DNA from: Fibrobacteria bacterium
Lineage (GTDB): Bacteria > Fibrobacterota > Fibrobacteria > UBA11236
DNA length: 64,000 bases
Assembly (NCBI GenBank): GCA_043745805.1
Contig: JAYTSD010000001.1
Location: 1 to 64,000 of the forward strand
Reading direction: 5' to 3'
The position numbers and the translations under genes were made by a program. Shown one piece after another: positions 11,432 through 21,466 of this stretch (position 1 is its first letter; each line of letters begins with the position of its first letter). Under the pieces are notes generated by a model. That model had not been told where the DNA came from and made no database searches. It saw nothing but the letters and a program-made list of their open reading frames with translations.

Positions 11432-12466
11432 ATGCTTCCGGCTAAATTAACGACTCGACAAAAGAATGTTTTGGCAGCGATAGTGGACTACTACATCGCA
11501 AAAGCAGAGCCCGTATCGTCTAAGTTCCTCAGTCTTCGTTCTGATTTTCAAGCCAGCAGTGCCACATTACGCAATACTATGGCAGAACTTGAAGATCTTG
11601 GTTATTTAGAACAGCCGCATACTTCTGCAGGTCGCATGCCCACGGATTGGGGATATCGCGTTTATGTCGATCAAGTTTTACAAATCCCAGCTTTATCTCC
11701 GGATGAAATGCACGAAATCGAAAAGGAATTGCAGCCTCCCGATGAAGGGGATTTGCTTTCCAACACGGCAGAGGCGCTTAGCCGTTTTAGCCATTTATTA
11801 GGAGTCGCTTTAACACCGGCTTTGGATAAAGGGCTTTTCAAACATTTAAAGATCGTCACGGTTTCAGAGCATAAAATTTTAATGATAGTGTTTATTTCTG
11901 ATACCATTATTCAAACCATTTTAAATCATCCCTTCCCACAAATCTCCATTTTTAAGCTAGAAGCCATGGCAAATCGTATTAATGACGAATTATCTGGAAA
12001 AAATGTTGCGTTTTTGAACGATTATTTCGAAAACAAAATTAGAATTGCAACACATGAAGAAGAAAAGCTTATATTTCAATTCTATTTGCGTTCCATAACG
12101 AAACTATGGAACGCCGAAAAGGCAGGAAAAATTCAATTTTACGGGTCGGCCCAAATGCTATTGCAGCCGGATTTCGGGAAATCCGAAAATTTACGTGGCA
12201 TTTTGGAACTATTAGGCTCCCAATTTACTTTGGTACACTTTTTGCGTCAGCGTGGAGATACAGAAGGTGTGAAAGTAACTATTGGAGAAGAACATGTGGA
12301 TGGAGAGAAATTCAAAGCTATTTCTACCATCACCGCTTCTTTTGAAATGGGAGAGAGTCATGGCGTCTTGGGCATTATTGGTCCAAAGAGAATGCCATAC
12401 TCCAAATTAATTTCCATCGTGGATTTTACAGCAAAGACTTTAAGTAAAAACTATAGGATTGATTAA
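11432..12466 (+). CDS. hrcA: Heat-inducible transcription repressor HrcA
   Basis: SSATLRN.MA.LE..GYL.QPHTSAGR.PT; GIIGPKRM.Y. Confidence 0.95.
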   Translation: MLPAKLTTRQKNVLAAIVDYYIAKAEPVSSKFLSLRSDFQASSATLRNTMAELEDLGYLEQPHTSAGRMPTDWGYRVYVDQVLQIPALSPDEMHEIEKELQPPDEGDLLSNTAEALSRFSHLLGVALTPALDKGLFKHLKIVTVSEHKILMIVFISDTIIQTILNHPFPQISIFKLEAMANRINDELSGKNVAFLNDYFENKIRIATHEEEKLIFQFYLRSITKLWNAEKAGKIQFYGSAQMLLQPDFGKSENLRGILELLGSQFTLVHFLRQRGDTEGVKVTIGEEHVDGEKFKAISTITASFEMGESHGVLGIIGPKRMPYSKLISIVDFTAKTLSKNYRID

Positions 12467-13035
12467 TGGACTCAACAACAGAAGAAAATACTTTCCCGGA
12501 AGCGGAATTCGAACAAACGGAATCAGAGTTTTCGCAAGAGCAGAATAGTAATACGGCATCAGAAAAAGGAAAAACAAATTCTTCGGTGAATTTTGAACAA
12601 GAATACAATAAGACGAATGATCAATATGTTCGCTTGTATGCCGAGTTCGAAAACTTTCGTAAACGCACAGCGCGTGAAAGCTTTGAGCTAATAGCGAATG
12701 CAAATAGCAAGTTATTAGGAAAATTAACCGATGTGCTAGATAATTTTTATTTGGCTTTTGATCCAAAACATAAAACGGATAAGTTGGAAGATTTTGAAAA
12801 AGGCATTCGTCTTATTTTCAATAAGTTCAAAGATGTTTTAGAAGATGAAGGACTTGAAGCCATTGATCCAGTCGGCGCCGAGTTTGATCCAAATTTACAT
12901 GAAGCCTTAATGCAGCAGCCTAGTGATACTGTTGAAGAAAATAAAATCATCAGCGTTTTTCAAAAAGGCTATAAGGTTAAATCTAAAATCGTGAAGCATG
13001 CCAAAGTGATAGTATCCACTGGCAAAGCAGAATAA
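12466..13035 (+). CDS. grpE: Nucleotide exchange factor GrpE
   Basis: AEFENFRKR, FDPNLHEA, QKGY. Confidence 0.97.
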   Translation: MDSTTEENTFPEAEFEQTESEFSQEQNSNTASEKGKTNSSVNFEQEYNKTNDQYVRLYAEFENFRKRTARESFELIANANSKLLGKLTDVLDNFYLAFDPKHKTDKLEDFEKGIRLIFNKFKDVLEDEGLEAIDPVGAEFDPNLHEALMQQPSDTVEENKIISVFQKGYKVKSKIVKHAKVIVSTGKAE

Positions 13036-13069
13036 CAAAAATTAAAAAAGATCAACAAAGGAAAATACC

Positions 13070-14986
13070 ATGGGTAAGATAATTGGAATTGATTTAGGAA
13101 CCACAAATAGTTGCGTAGCCGTTATGGAAGGTGGTAAACCCACCGTTATTCCTAATGCTGAAGGCGCACGCACTACTCCTTCTATCGTGGCTTTTACAAA
13201 AAATGGCGATCGCTTAGTCGGTCAAGTGGCTAAACGCCAGGCTATTACTAATGCAGAAAAAACCGTGTATTCTATTAAGCGTTTCATGGGTCATATGCGC
13301 AGTGAAGTTTCGCAAGAAGAAAAACGCTTGCCCTATAAAATTGCCGGCGGACCTAATGATCCCGCTTCGGTGGATATTGACGGTAAGAAATTCACACCTC
13401 CGGAAATTTCTGCCATGATTTTGCAAAGTATGAAAAAAATTGCGGAAGATTATTTAGGCGAATCGGTTACCCAAGCGGTGATTACGGTGCCTGCTTATTT
13501 TAATGACTCCCAACGCCAAGCCACTAAGGATGCCGGTAAAATTGCGGGTCTTGAAGTGTTACGCATTGTGAATGAGCCTACGGCTGCGGCCTTGGCTTAT
13601 GGTCTCGATAAAAAGAAAAACGAAACTATTGCCGTATACGATTTAGGTGGCGGTACTTTTGATATTTCCATTTTGGAAATTGGCGATGGTGTTTTTGAAG
13701 TAAAGGCTACCAATGGTGATACCCATTTAGGTGGCGATGATTTTGATCAAGTGATTATGGATTGGATTGCTGAAGAATTCAAAAAAGAAAATAGCATTGA
13801 TTTACGCAATGATAAAATGGCCTTGCAACGCTTAAAAGAAGCGGCCGAAAAAGCCAAAATTGATTTGTCCGGATCCACTAGTACGAATATTAATTTGCCT
13901 TTTATTACAGCAGATGCTTCCGGTCCTAAACATTTGGATATGACTTTATCCTTAGCTAAATTCAACCAACTTACTCAGTCTTTGGTCGATAGATCCATTG
14001 AGCCTTGCGCTAAAGCTTTGAAAGATGCGGGCATTAGCAAAGATCAAATCGACGAAGTGATTTTGGTCGGTGGATCGACGCGTATCCCTGCAATTCAAGA
14101 AAAAGTAAAAGAGTTTTTTGGTAAAGAACCGCATAAAGGTGTGAATCCTGATGAAGTGGTAGCTATTGGTGCCGCAGTACAAGCAGGTGTGCTCGCTGGG
14201 GATAGCGCAGTAAAAGATGTGTTGTTATTAGACGTAACGCCTTTGTCACTGGGTATTGAAACCTTGGGTGGCGTGATGACTAAGCTCATTGAACGCAATA
14301 CCACCATTCCTTCGCGCAAGAGCCAAGTGTTCTCAACGGCGGAAGATAATCAAACCGCGGTATCTATTCATGTCATGCAGGGTGAACGCGAAATGGCTCG
14401 CCATAATCGTACCTTGGGTCGCTTTGAATTAACCGGCATTCCTCCAGCACCTCGTGGCATGCCACAAGTGGAAGTGACTTTTGATATTGATGCTAACGGT
14501 ATCGTGCATGTTTCGGCCAAAGATAAAGCCACCGGTAAAGAACAGAAAATAAAAATCGAAGCTTCTTCCGGATTATCCGATGATGAAATTCACCGCATGG
14601 TTAAAGAAGCCGAAGCGAATTCCGAAACCGATAAAAAGGAAAAGGAAAAAGCGGAAGTGCATAATCAAGCTGAGAACATGATTTACAATACTGAAAAATT
14701 ATTGAAAGAACATGGCGATAAAATTTCAGCCGAAGATAAAACCGCAGTAGAAGAAGCGGTTGCCGAGCTGAAGAAAATCGAAAAATCGGAAAACTTGGAT
14801 GAAGTGAAAGCGGCTATTCAAAAAGTAGAAACGGCTTCGCATAAGCTTTCCGAAGCCATGTACAAAGCGGCTGCGGAAAAAGCCCAAGCGGAACCTACTG
14901 TCAACACCAAAGAAGAAGGTGAAAAAAAGGATAAAGGCGCGAAGGATAATAATGCTGTGGATGCTGACTTCGAGGTTGTGGATTAA
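13070..14986 (+). CDS. dnaK: Chaperone DnaK
   Basis: [24 protein letters not shown]. Confidence 0.99.
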   Translation: MGKIIGIDLGTTNSCVAVMEGGKPTVIPNAEGARTTPSIVAFTKNGDRLVGQVAKRQAITNAEKTVYSIKRFMGHMRSEVSQEEKRLPYKIAGGPNDPASVDIDGKKFTPPEISAMILQSMKKIAEDYLGESVTQAVITVPAYFNDSQRQATKDAGKIAGLEVLRIVNEPTAAALAYGLDKKKNETIAVYDLGGGTFDISILEIGDGVFEVKATNGDTHLGGDDFDQVIMDWIAEEFKKENSIDLRNDKMALQRLKEAAEKAKIDLSGSTSTNINLPFITADASGPKHLDMTLSLAKFNQLTQSLVDRSIEPCAKALKDAGISKDQIDEVILVGGSTRIPAIQEKVKEFFGKEPHKGVNPDEVVAIGAAVQAGVLAGDSAVKDVLLLDVTPLSLGIETLGGVMTKLIERNTTIPSRKSQVFSTAEDNQTAVSIHVMQGEREMARHNRTLGRFELTGIPPAPRGMPQVEVTFDIDANGIVHVSAKDKATGKEQKIKIEASSGLSDDEIHRMVKEAEANSETDKKEKEKAEVHNQAENMIYNTEKLLKEHGDKISAEDKTAVEEAVAELKKIEKSENLDEVKAAIQKVETASHKLSEAMYKAAAEKAQAEPTVNTKEEGEKKDKGAKDNNAVDADFEVVD

Positions 14987-16110
14987 TGGCTAAAAGAGAT
15001 TACTATGAAGTTCTCGGCGTCCCTAAAGACGCCGATGTTAGCGCCATCAAGGCGGCTTATAAAAAACTTGCAGTGAAATATCATCCGGACAAAAATCCGG
15101 ATAATAAAGAAGCTGAGGAAAAGTTTAAAGAAGCCGCCGAAGCTTATGGCGTACTTTCGGATGCGCAGAAAAAAGCGCAATTCGATCGTTTTGGACATGC
15201 GGCTGAAGGCGGTGGCGGTCCACAGGGCTTTAGTAATTTCGAAGATATTTTTAGTGCCTTTGGAGATGTGTTTGGCGGCGGCGGTGGTGAATCATTTGGT
15301 TTTGGCCGTCAAGGTGGGCGAGGACGCGCGCGTTCGGGTCCTCCACGCGGACAAGATATTCAAATTGCCATTTCGGTTACCCTTCCTGAGGTTAACACAG
15401 GTGTTACTAAAAAAGTAAAGCTCAAACGCTTTAATGCTTGTAAAACTTGCACTGGCCAAGGCGGCACGGGTAAGCAAAATTGCAGTACTTGCGGCGGTCA
15501 AGGACAAGTTCGTCAAGTGCAAAATTCTATTTTTGGACAAATTGTAAATGTGACCACTTGCCCTGAGTGTGCGGGCATGGGATCGACCATTAAAGTGCGT
15601 TGCAAAGATTGCAATGGTTCCGGTCGATTGCAAGAAGAGGTTACCCTTTCGATTGATATTCCTCCTGGAGTAGATGAAAGTAATTATCTCACCTTACGTG
15701 GCGAAGGCCATCGCGGTCAACAAGGCGGCGGAGCGGGTGATTTAATGGTGGCAATTCAAGAAGCCAAGGATGAAACCTTTGAACGGCGCGGCAGTGACTT
15801 GTATGCTACGGTAGAAGTACCTTATACCACCGTGGCTTTGGGCGGCGAAGTACGCATTAAAACCATTGATGGCGATGTCGATTTAAAAATTCCTGCCGGT
15901 ACACAGAGTGAAAAAATGATGCGCTTAAAAGGCAAGGGTTTGCCCGAAGTCAATAGCAGCGGACGCGGTAGCCACTATGTAAAAGTACACGTGCATACCG
16001 TTACTAGCATGAATGCCAAAGAAATTGAAGTGTTGCGCGAATTGGAGAAATTGCAAGAAACGCATCACCCGAAATCTTTTTTTGAAAAAGCGAAATCCTT
16101 TTTTGTGTAG
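14986..16110 (+). CDS. dnaJ: Chaperone DnaJ
   Basis: HPD J-domain, G/F linker, four CxxCxGxG repeats. Confidence 0.98.
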   Translation: MAKRDYYEVLGVPKDADVSAIKAAYKKLAVKYHPDKNPDNKEAEEKFKEAAEAYGVLSDAQKKAQFDRFGHAAEGGGGPQGFSNFEDIFSAFGDVFGGGGGESFGFGRQGGRGRARSGPPRGQDIQIAISVTLPEVNTGVTKKVKLKRFNACKTCTGQGGTGKQNCSTCGGQGQVRQVQNSIFGQIVNVTTCPECAGMGSTIKVRCKDCNGSGRLQEEVTLSIDIPPGVDESNYLTLRGEGHRGQQGGGAGDLMVAIQEAKDETFERRGSDLYATVEVPYTTVALGGEVRIKTIDGDVDLKIPAGTQSEKMMRLKGKGLPEVNSSGRGSHYVKVHVHTVTSMNAKEIEVLRELEKLQETHHPKSFFEKAKSFFV

Positions 16111-16207
16111 GGTTAATTAAAATTAACCCATAAGTTACGGTAACTTTTATAAAGTATAAAGTAAATATTTTGAAATTCACAGAACCCAAATGTATGAGTA
16201 GGGAAAT

Positions 16208-17644
16208 ATGAAAATTCTCATTCTCGACAGCGATGCGGATCTTAAAAAAGAGATTTTTAATAATTGGTCTTTGGCGAATACTGAAATTATGGAAAGCAGT
16301 GGAGGTCAAGGGGCCATTAAACTGCTGAGCCAAGGTGGTTTTGGCGGCTTATTTCTTTCCACCGAATTTTTGACCATTGATAATTTGGATATTTTGGATT
16401 TAGCCAAAGAGCATAATCCAGGTATAGATATTTTTATTTTGACTACCGTACGCGATACGCAAAAGGCGGAGCAAGCGGTACAACATGGCGCACATTCTTT
16501 TTTAATCAAACCGATTAATGTTAAGCTGGTAGAATCATTGGCCGCCAAAGCTTTATCCCATTCGCTCACCCGCAAAAATGTGCGCTTATTAGAAGAGCAT
16601 TTACTGGAAGATTTATTAGGCTCTTCGCTTTCCATGAAAAAAATCCTGCGCACTTTAACCAAGGTTGCTCCAACTAATAGCACTATTCTTATTTCGGGGG
16701 AAAGCGGCACGGGCAAGGAATTTGTCGCGAATATTATTCATCGTTTAAGCTCCCGTTCCGAAGAAAGTTTTGTGGCAGTGAATTGCGGTGCGATTCCCGA
16801 AAATTTGGTGGAGAGTGAACTTTTTGGATCTCGCAAAGGATCGTATACCGGTTCAGTGGCGGATCGTAAAGGTCTATTTGAAATGGCTGACAAAGGCACT
16901 TTATTTTTGGATGAAGTGGGCGAGTTGTCCTTAACTACTCAAGTGAAGCTGTTACGATTCTTACAAGAAAAAGAAATTCGTCGCGTGGGTGACAATGAAA
17001 ATAAATATGTGGATGTGCGGGTAATTGCGGCCACCAATAAGGATTTGCATAAGGCCATTACGGCTAGTCAATTTCGCGAAGATCTATATTATCGCTTAAG
17101 TATTTTTCACATTACTTTACCGCCCTTGCGCGAAAGAAAAAATTCTATTCCCAATTTGATTCGCACTTTTGTGAAAAAATATAATGCGGCGAATAAAAAA
17201 AATATCAAAGGTATGGCTAAAAATGCAGAAGCTACTTTAATGAATTATGATTATCCGGGAAATATTCGCCAATTAGAAAATATTATAGAACATGCTGTGG
17301 CCTTATGTGAAACCGAACACATTGGCATGGATGATTTGCCTGAATATTTAGTGCATGATGATGCCCCGCCACAATTATTTGCATTACCTAAATCCATGGC
17401 TAAATCCGAAGCACCCAAGGCGGTATTTCAGGAAACGCCCGATTCACTGATGACTTTGGGTGAATTGGAAAAAACTTATATTCAAAAAGCTTTAGAGCTT
17501 TGCAAAGATAATCATACCGAAGCTTCACGACGTTTGGGGATTTCTCGGTCTACTTTATGGCGTAAGCTCAAAGAGCATGGCTTAGAAGCGGCTGCTGCCG
17601 CAGAAGCGGCTCATGCGGCACATGCTGAATCCGTAGCTAAATAA
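16208..17644 (+). CDS. NtrC-family sigma-54 activator with atypical receiver domain
   Basis: GESGTGKE, ESELFG..GSYTGS, FLDE, FREDLYYRL, YPGNIRQL, Fis-type HTH. Confidence 0.9.
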   Translation: MKILILDSDADLKKEIFNNWSLANTEIMESSGGQGAIKLLSQGGFGGLFLSTEFLTIDNLDILDLAKEHNPGIDIFILTTVRDTQKAEQAVQHGAHSFLIKPINVKLVESLAAKALSHSLTRKNVRLLEEHLLEDLLGSSLSMKKILRTLTKVAPTNSTILISGESGTGKEFVANIIHRLSSRSEESFVAVNCGAIPENLVESELFGSRKGSYTGSVADRKGLFEMADKGTLFLDEVGELSLTTQVKLLRFLQEKEIRRVGDNENKYVDVRVIAATNKDLHKAITASQFREDLYYRLSIFHITLPPLRERKNSIPNLIRTFVKKYNAANKKNIKGMAKNAEATLMNYDYPGNIRQLENIIEHAVALCETEHIGMDDLPEYLVHDDAPPQLFALPKSMAKSEAPKAVFQETPDSLMTLGELEKTYIQKALELCKDNHTEASRRLGISRSTLWRKLKEHGLEAAAAAEAAHAAHAESVAK

Positions 17645-17688
17645 ATTCGTAAATTTTAATTACGAATTTATTTACTCATTTTTTTTGT

Positions 17689-17728
17689 AATAAAAAAGCG
17701 AAGTCATCACTCACTTCGCTTTTTTATT
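17689..17728. terminator. Bidirectional intrinsic terminator
   Basis: AATAAAAAAGCGAAGT-8 nt-ACTTCGCTTTTTTATT between convergent genes. Confidence 0.8.
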
Positions 17729-17778
17729 TTAGAAATGAAATTGACCCCTGCGTAAGCGCAGAGGCCAATGGTTAAAGT

Positions 17779-18198
17779 TTATTTGATTTCAATTGACTTG
17801 GCCGAGGCGTCTTGTACTTTAGGTAACCTAACCGTCAATACGCCATTTACATTTTCGGCAGTAATGGCATCGGGTTTTACATGGCGAGGGAGATCAAAGC
17901 TTCGACTAAAAGTACCACTCCGTGATTCACTATAGTAATACTTGCCTTCTTCTTTTTTCTCAATAAGACTTTGTTTTGTGCCACTGACAATTAAACGATT
18001 ATCACGCACTTCAATTTTAATATTCTCCTTCGGTACGCCGGGTAATTCGGCTTTGAGTAAATAAGCATCTTCTACTTCAGCCACATCAATTACCGGAGCA
18101 AATTGCGCGTGCTCGGTGGATGCAGGTCGGCATTCCTTATCGACATCCGTAAAAAATTGATCAAGCCAATTATTGGGATTATAAATTAATGTTTTCAT
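17779..18198 (-). CDS. Small heat shock protein (Hsp20/alpha-crystallin)
   Basis: P.IDV.E, ELPGV, G.FSRSF.LP, NGVLTVRLPK. Confidence 0.93.
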   Translation of the reverse strand: MKTLIYNPNNWLDQFFTDVDKECRPASTEHAQFAPVIDVAEVEDAYLLKAELPGVPKENIKIEVRDNRLIVSGTKQSLIEKKEEGKYYYSESRSGTFSRSFDLPRHVKPDAITAENVNGVLTVRLPKVQDASAKSIEIK

Positions 18199-18233
18199 GT
18201 GAATACTCCTTTTTGGTTATTGGTGTATGAGAA

Positions 18234-18250
18234 AGCGAATGCTATGCCAA
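18234..18250 (-). promoter_or_regulatory. Sigma-54 (-24/-12) promoter of hsp20
   Basis: Minus strand TTGGCATAGCATTCGCT: GG-N10-GC, about 36 nt upstream of the ATG. Confidence 0.65.
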
Positions 18251-18349
18251 GAAAATATCCTGTTTAATTAATTCAAAACGTAAATGGTTTAATGATTTTT
18301 AAAGATATTCGTGACTTGTCTGAGAAAAACAATATAATTTTGCAACGAT

Positions 18350-19249
18350 ATGATGAAACACCGTAACAATTTGCAGCTCGAAATTTCACATTCTAGTTTA
18401 AATAAACTTTTTACCGCTTATCAAATTCCTTTAGGGAAGGAAACATTAATACTTTTTGCTTTGCGTGGATATAGTCCCACAATTAATCCCAACACAAATC
18501 CTCAAGCCAATATTTCGGGATGGGAAAGTTCGTTTTTGCTTGCGCCGCAAGTTTTGGATTATCGTCATATGCATTGCACACTCGGAATTTGGAATCGTAA
18601 AACGGGAAAGGTTTTTGCTTGCCCCGGATCTACCGTTCCATTTGGGGATAATGTAAAATGGGCTGCCGAGCGCAAAGGAAGATTACAAGGCAAAGGGGTA
18701 AATCAATTAGAGCCAGGGTTTTACATTGACCTTACCAAGGGTGAACATTTACAAGGTAAATTAAATGGCCATGCAGCCTTGCGGCAAACTGCCAATCGTT
18801 TTTACCGTCGATCCTTAAAAGGTATTCCTTATGATAGCAAAGACAAATTATATTATGGTAACCCCTATGATAATTTGCATTGTGGCTGGAATATAGATGG
18901 GCTGGCGCCAAAGTATTCAAGTGCAGGATGTTTGGTGGTAGCGGGCAAGCCGCATTGCCAACGACAAGAAAAACCTGAGCCTAATCAAGGGCCTTGGAAA
19001 ACCTTTCATAAATTTCTCTATACTTCGGTGCAAAAATCCTTCCCTTTACTTTTAACAGAAGGAAAAATGGCGGCACAGATTTTAAATGCAGCAAAATCCA
19101 AAGTAAATTTATGCTATGGTTCCGATGGCGAAGTCGTGAAAATATTGCAAAAAAAATTATGTGATGCTGGAGTTTATAAAGGGCCGATACATGGAAAGCT
19201 GGATACCAGAACTTATAAAGCTTGGAATCAGACGGGATTTAAAGTTTAG
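18350..19249 (+). CDS. YkuD-like cysteine enzyme with C-terminal peptidoglycan-binding domain
   Basis: NLHCG...SSAGCLVV His/Cys motif; L.YGSDG..V..LQ.KL...G.Y.GPIHG PGBD. Confidence 0.55.
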   Translation: MMKHRNNLQLEISHSSLNKLFTAYQIPLGKETLILFALRGYSPTINPNTNPQANISGWESSFLLAPQVLDYRHMHCTLGIWNRKTGKVFACPGSTVPFGDNVKWAAERKGRLQGKGVNQLEPGFYIDLTKGEHLQGKLNGHAALRQTANRFYRRSLKGIPYDSKDKLYYGNPYDNLHCGWNIDGLAPKYSSAGCLVVAGKPHCQRQEKPEPNQGPWKTFHKFLYTSVQKSFPLLLTEGKMAAQILNAAKSKVNLCYGSDGEVVKILQKKLCDAGVYKGPIHGKLDTRTYKAWNQTGFKV

Positions 19250-19284
19250 GGATTTTTTTTAGTAACATTAAAGTTACTATTGGT

Positions 19285-20385
19285 TTAAAAGGTATGCTGT
19301 AATTGTGCCACCAGAACATCATTGCCAGAGCGATTAACCATTCCTTCTTCATAAACGCGCGTATATTCCAAAGTAGTTTTTAAATGGGGGTAACTTTGAG
19401 GCGCCGGATTCCAAATCAAACCCAAGGTAAGCATATGCAAAGCATCATCCGGGTTTAAACCGTCGGTATTATCAAAAAATTCATAACGCCACACCGAATG
19501 TAACCAAGGCTTATGTTCTTTCAACCAAGTGGAAGAAAGGCCCCACGTTTTTAATGCGGCAGAATCGGGCGGCACTCGGTAATTACGATTAGAAATAACC
19601 ATGAACTCATTTAAAATATTTAAATGCGGAAAATTAAATTGATGATAAGCCGAGCCATCGAGCAAGGAATTGGTTTTAAACCAATACTGCACTTTATACC
19701 AACCATGCCGTCCAAAAAAGTCTTCCCATTCTTGATTTGCTTGCGCGCCAATATGGCCACCGATGGTACTAAACTGAGAGAATTTATAATCCACCGCATA
19801 ATCAATTCCTAAAACTTGAGCCGGTGGAGCCGCATAATTATTAGGCTCATCATTAATTACGTTTTGGCCGCTGGCATTATGAATAAAAAGTCTTTGTTTA
19901 AGTTCTCCATCCGAAGAAATTTTTTCGGCTTGAATTCCATAATCGCGATAGTGAAAAAGTTTTTTAAAGCCTTGCCAAGCGCGTGCGTAAAGCGGCGTGA
20001 ACAGTGCGTATTGAGTAGTGTCATATTCATCATGAGCGCTATGTAAACCCGCTCCAATAAATTTCCCCAATTTAAATTCATAACCCATCCAGTCTTTTAC
20101 GAGATAAGCATCTTGAATATCGGCCCCATATAAATTGCCTTGCAATACACCATAAAAACTACTGTCAAATTCTAAGGTCGATTTGAGGCGTAAATTGCTG
20201 ACATAAAATCCGCCGCGATTTTGGTTTTTGAGGGTGACATCATAATACTTGGGCCAACCCATGCCATTTTGGCCTAGCGAATAACCCAATTGTACGCCGC
20301 CTTCCCAATGTGGCGTAACTTCGGCTCTAATGAGAGCAGGGAGTAAACAAAGGCTCAGAATAAAGACGAAAAAAAATCTTGGCAA
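19285..20385 (-). CDS. Outer-membrane porin-like beta-barrel
   Basis: Signal peptide, IQDAYL..KLGKF, RDYG, amphipathic strands, C-terminal Phe. Confidence 0.6.
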   Translation of the reverse strand: MPRFFFVFILSLCLLPALIRAEVTPHWEGGVQLGYSLGQNGMGWPKYYDVTLKNQNRGGFYVSNLRLKSTLEFDSSFYGVLQGNLYGADIQDAYLVKDWMGYEFKLGKFIGAGLHSAHDEYDTTQYALFTPLYARAWQGFKKLFHYRDYGIQAEKISSDGELKQRLFIHNASGQNVINDEPNNYAAPPAQVLGIDYAVDYKFSQFSTIGGHIGAQANQEWEDFFGRHGWYKVQYWFKTNSLLDGSAYHQFNFPHLNILNEFMVISNRNYRVPPDSAALKTWGLSSTWLKEHKPWLHSVWRYEFFDNTDGLNPDDALHMLTLGLIWNPAPQSYPHLKTTLEYTRVYEEGMVNRSGNDVLVAQLQHTF

Positions 20386-20465
20386 AAACTTTCCTGGTTT
20401 AACGGGATAAAATTACAATTATTAGACCTGCTAGGTTATGCCTCCAATTAATATCTTTACGCTTC

Positions 20466-21347
20466 ATGATTGCAAGTTCTCTTATGCTTCGTAAACCGTC
20501 TTGGCTTAAGGCTAAAATTCCTGGTGGCCAAGCCTATGCAAAAGTTAAATCCATTGTGGAAACTCATAAGCTAAATACGGTTTGTCAAAGCGCGAGTTGC
20601 CCCAATTTGGGCGAATGTTGGGCAAAAGGGACCGCGACTTTTATGATTTTGGGCAATATATGCACAAGAGGCTGTAAGTTTTGTGATGTGCCTAAAGGTA
20701 AGCCTGGAATTTACGATAAAGAAGAACCAAATCGAGTAGCACAGTCTATAAAACTTATGGATTTGAAGTATGCGGTGATTACTTCCGTAGCGCGGGATGA
20801 TTTACCCGATCAAGGCGCTGAGGTTTGGGCCGAAACCATTCTCAAAGTCCGTGAAGCGGCACCGCAATGTCGCATTGAAGTTTTGATTCCGGATATGCAG
20901 GGCCGTTATGATTTATTGGATATTATTTTTGCTGCCAAGCCGGATATTTTAAATCACAATTTTGAAACCGTGATGCGTTTGCAAAAAGAGGTACGTGGGC
21001 GCGGTAATCTGCGGGATAGCAGCGAGGTTTTGGTTTATGCTAAGAGCAAAGGCTTCGTAACCAAAACCAGTTTGATGTTGGGATTGGGTGAGGAGGACTT
21101 TGAAGTTCAAGAAATCATCCGATATATCGCAAGTTTAAAAGTAGACATATTGACTTTAGGCCAATATTTACAGCCTTCCGCAGAACATTTGCCGGTGAAA
21201 CGTTTTGTAAACCCAGAAGGATTTCAAGCTTTTAAAGAGTATGCACATGAAAATGGGATTCGCATTTGTGTATCGGCTCCCATGGTGCGTAGCTCTTATA
21301 ATGCGGATGCGCAGAGTGCCTCTTTATTCAATGCTGCCACGCATTAA
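20466..21347 (+). CDS. lipA: Lipoyl synthase
   Basis: CQSASCPNLGEC, CTRGCKFC, GQYLQP, VRSSY. Confidence 0.97.
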   Translation: MIASSLMLRKPSWLKAKIPGGQAYAKVKSIVETHKLNTVCQSASCPNLGECWAKGTATFMILGNICTRGCKFCDVPKGKPGIYDKEEPNRVAQSIKLMDLKYAVITSVARDDLPDQGAEVWAETILKVREAAPQCRIEVLIPDMQGRYDLLDIIFAAKPDILNHNFETVMRLQKEVRGRGNLRDSSEVLVYAKSKGFVTKTSLMLGLGEEDFEVQEIIRYIASLKVDILTLGQYLQPSAEHLPVKRFVNPEGFQAFKEYAHENGIRICVSAPMVRSSYNADAQSASLFNAATH

Positions 21348-21466
21348 GTCCTCATTTTTTTTAAAAAAACACAAGGCATACGTCTGCAAAATTTGCTTGG
21401 GTTGTATGGCTACAAAACAACTTCTGCATTATATTAGCAGTATATTTTTAACCCCATTCTGAATTG

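Noticed and set aside
21373-21388. Possible sigma-54 promoter before the kinase (AAGGCATACGTCTGCA)
   Set aside because: GG-to-GC spacing is 9 nt, not the required 10
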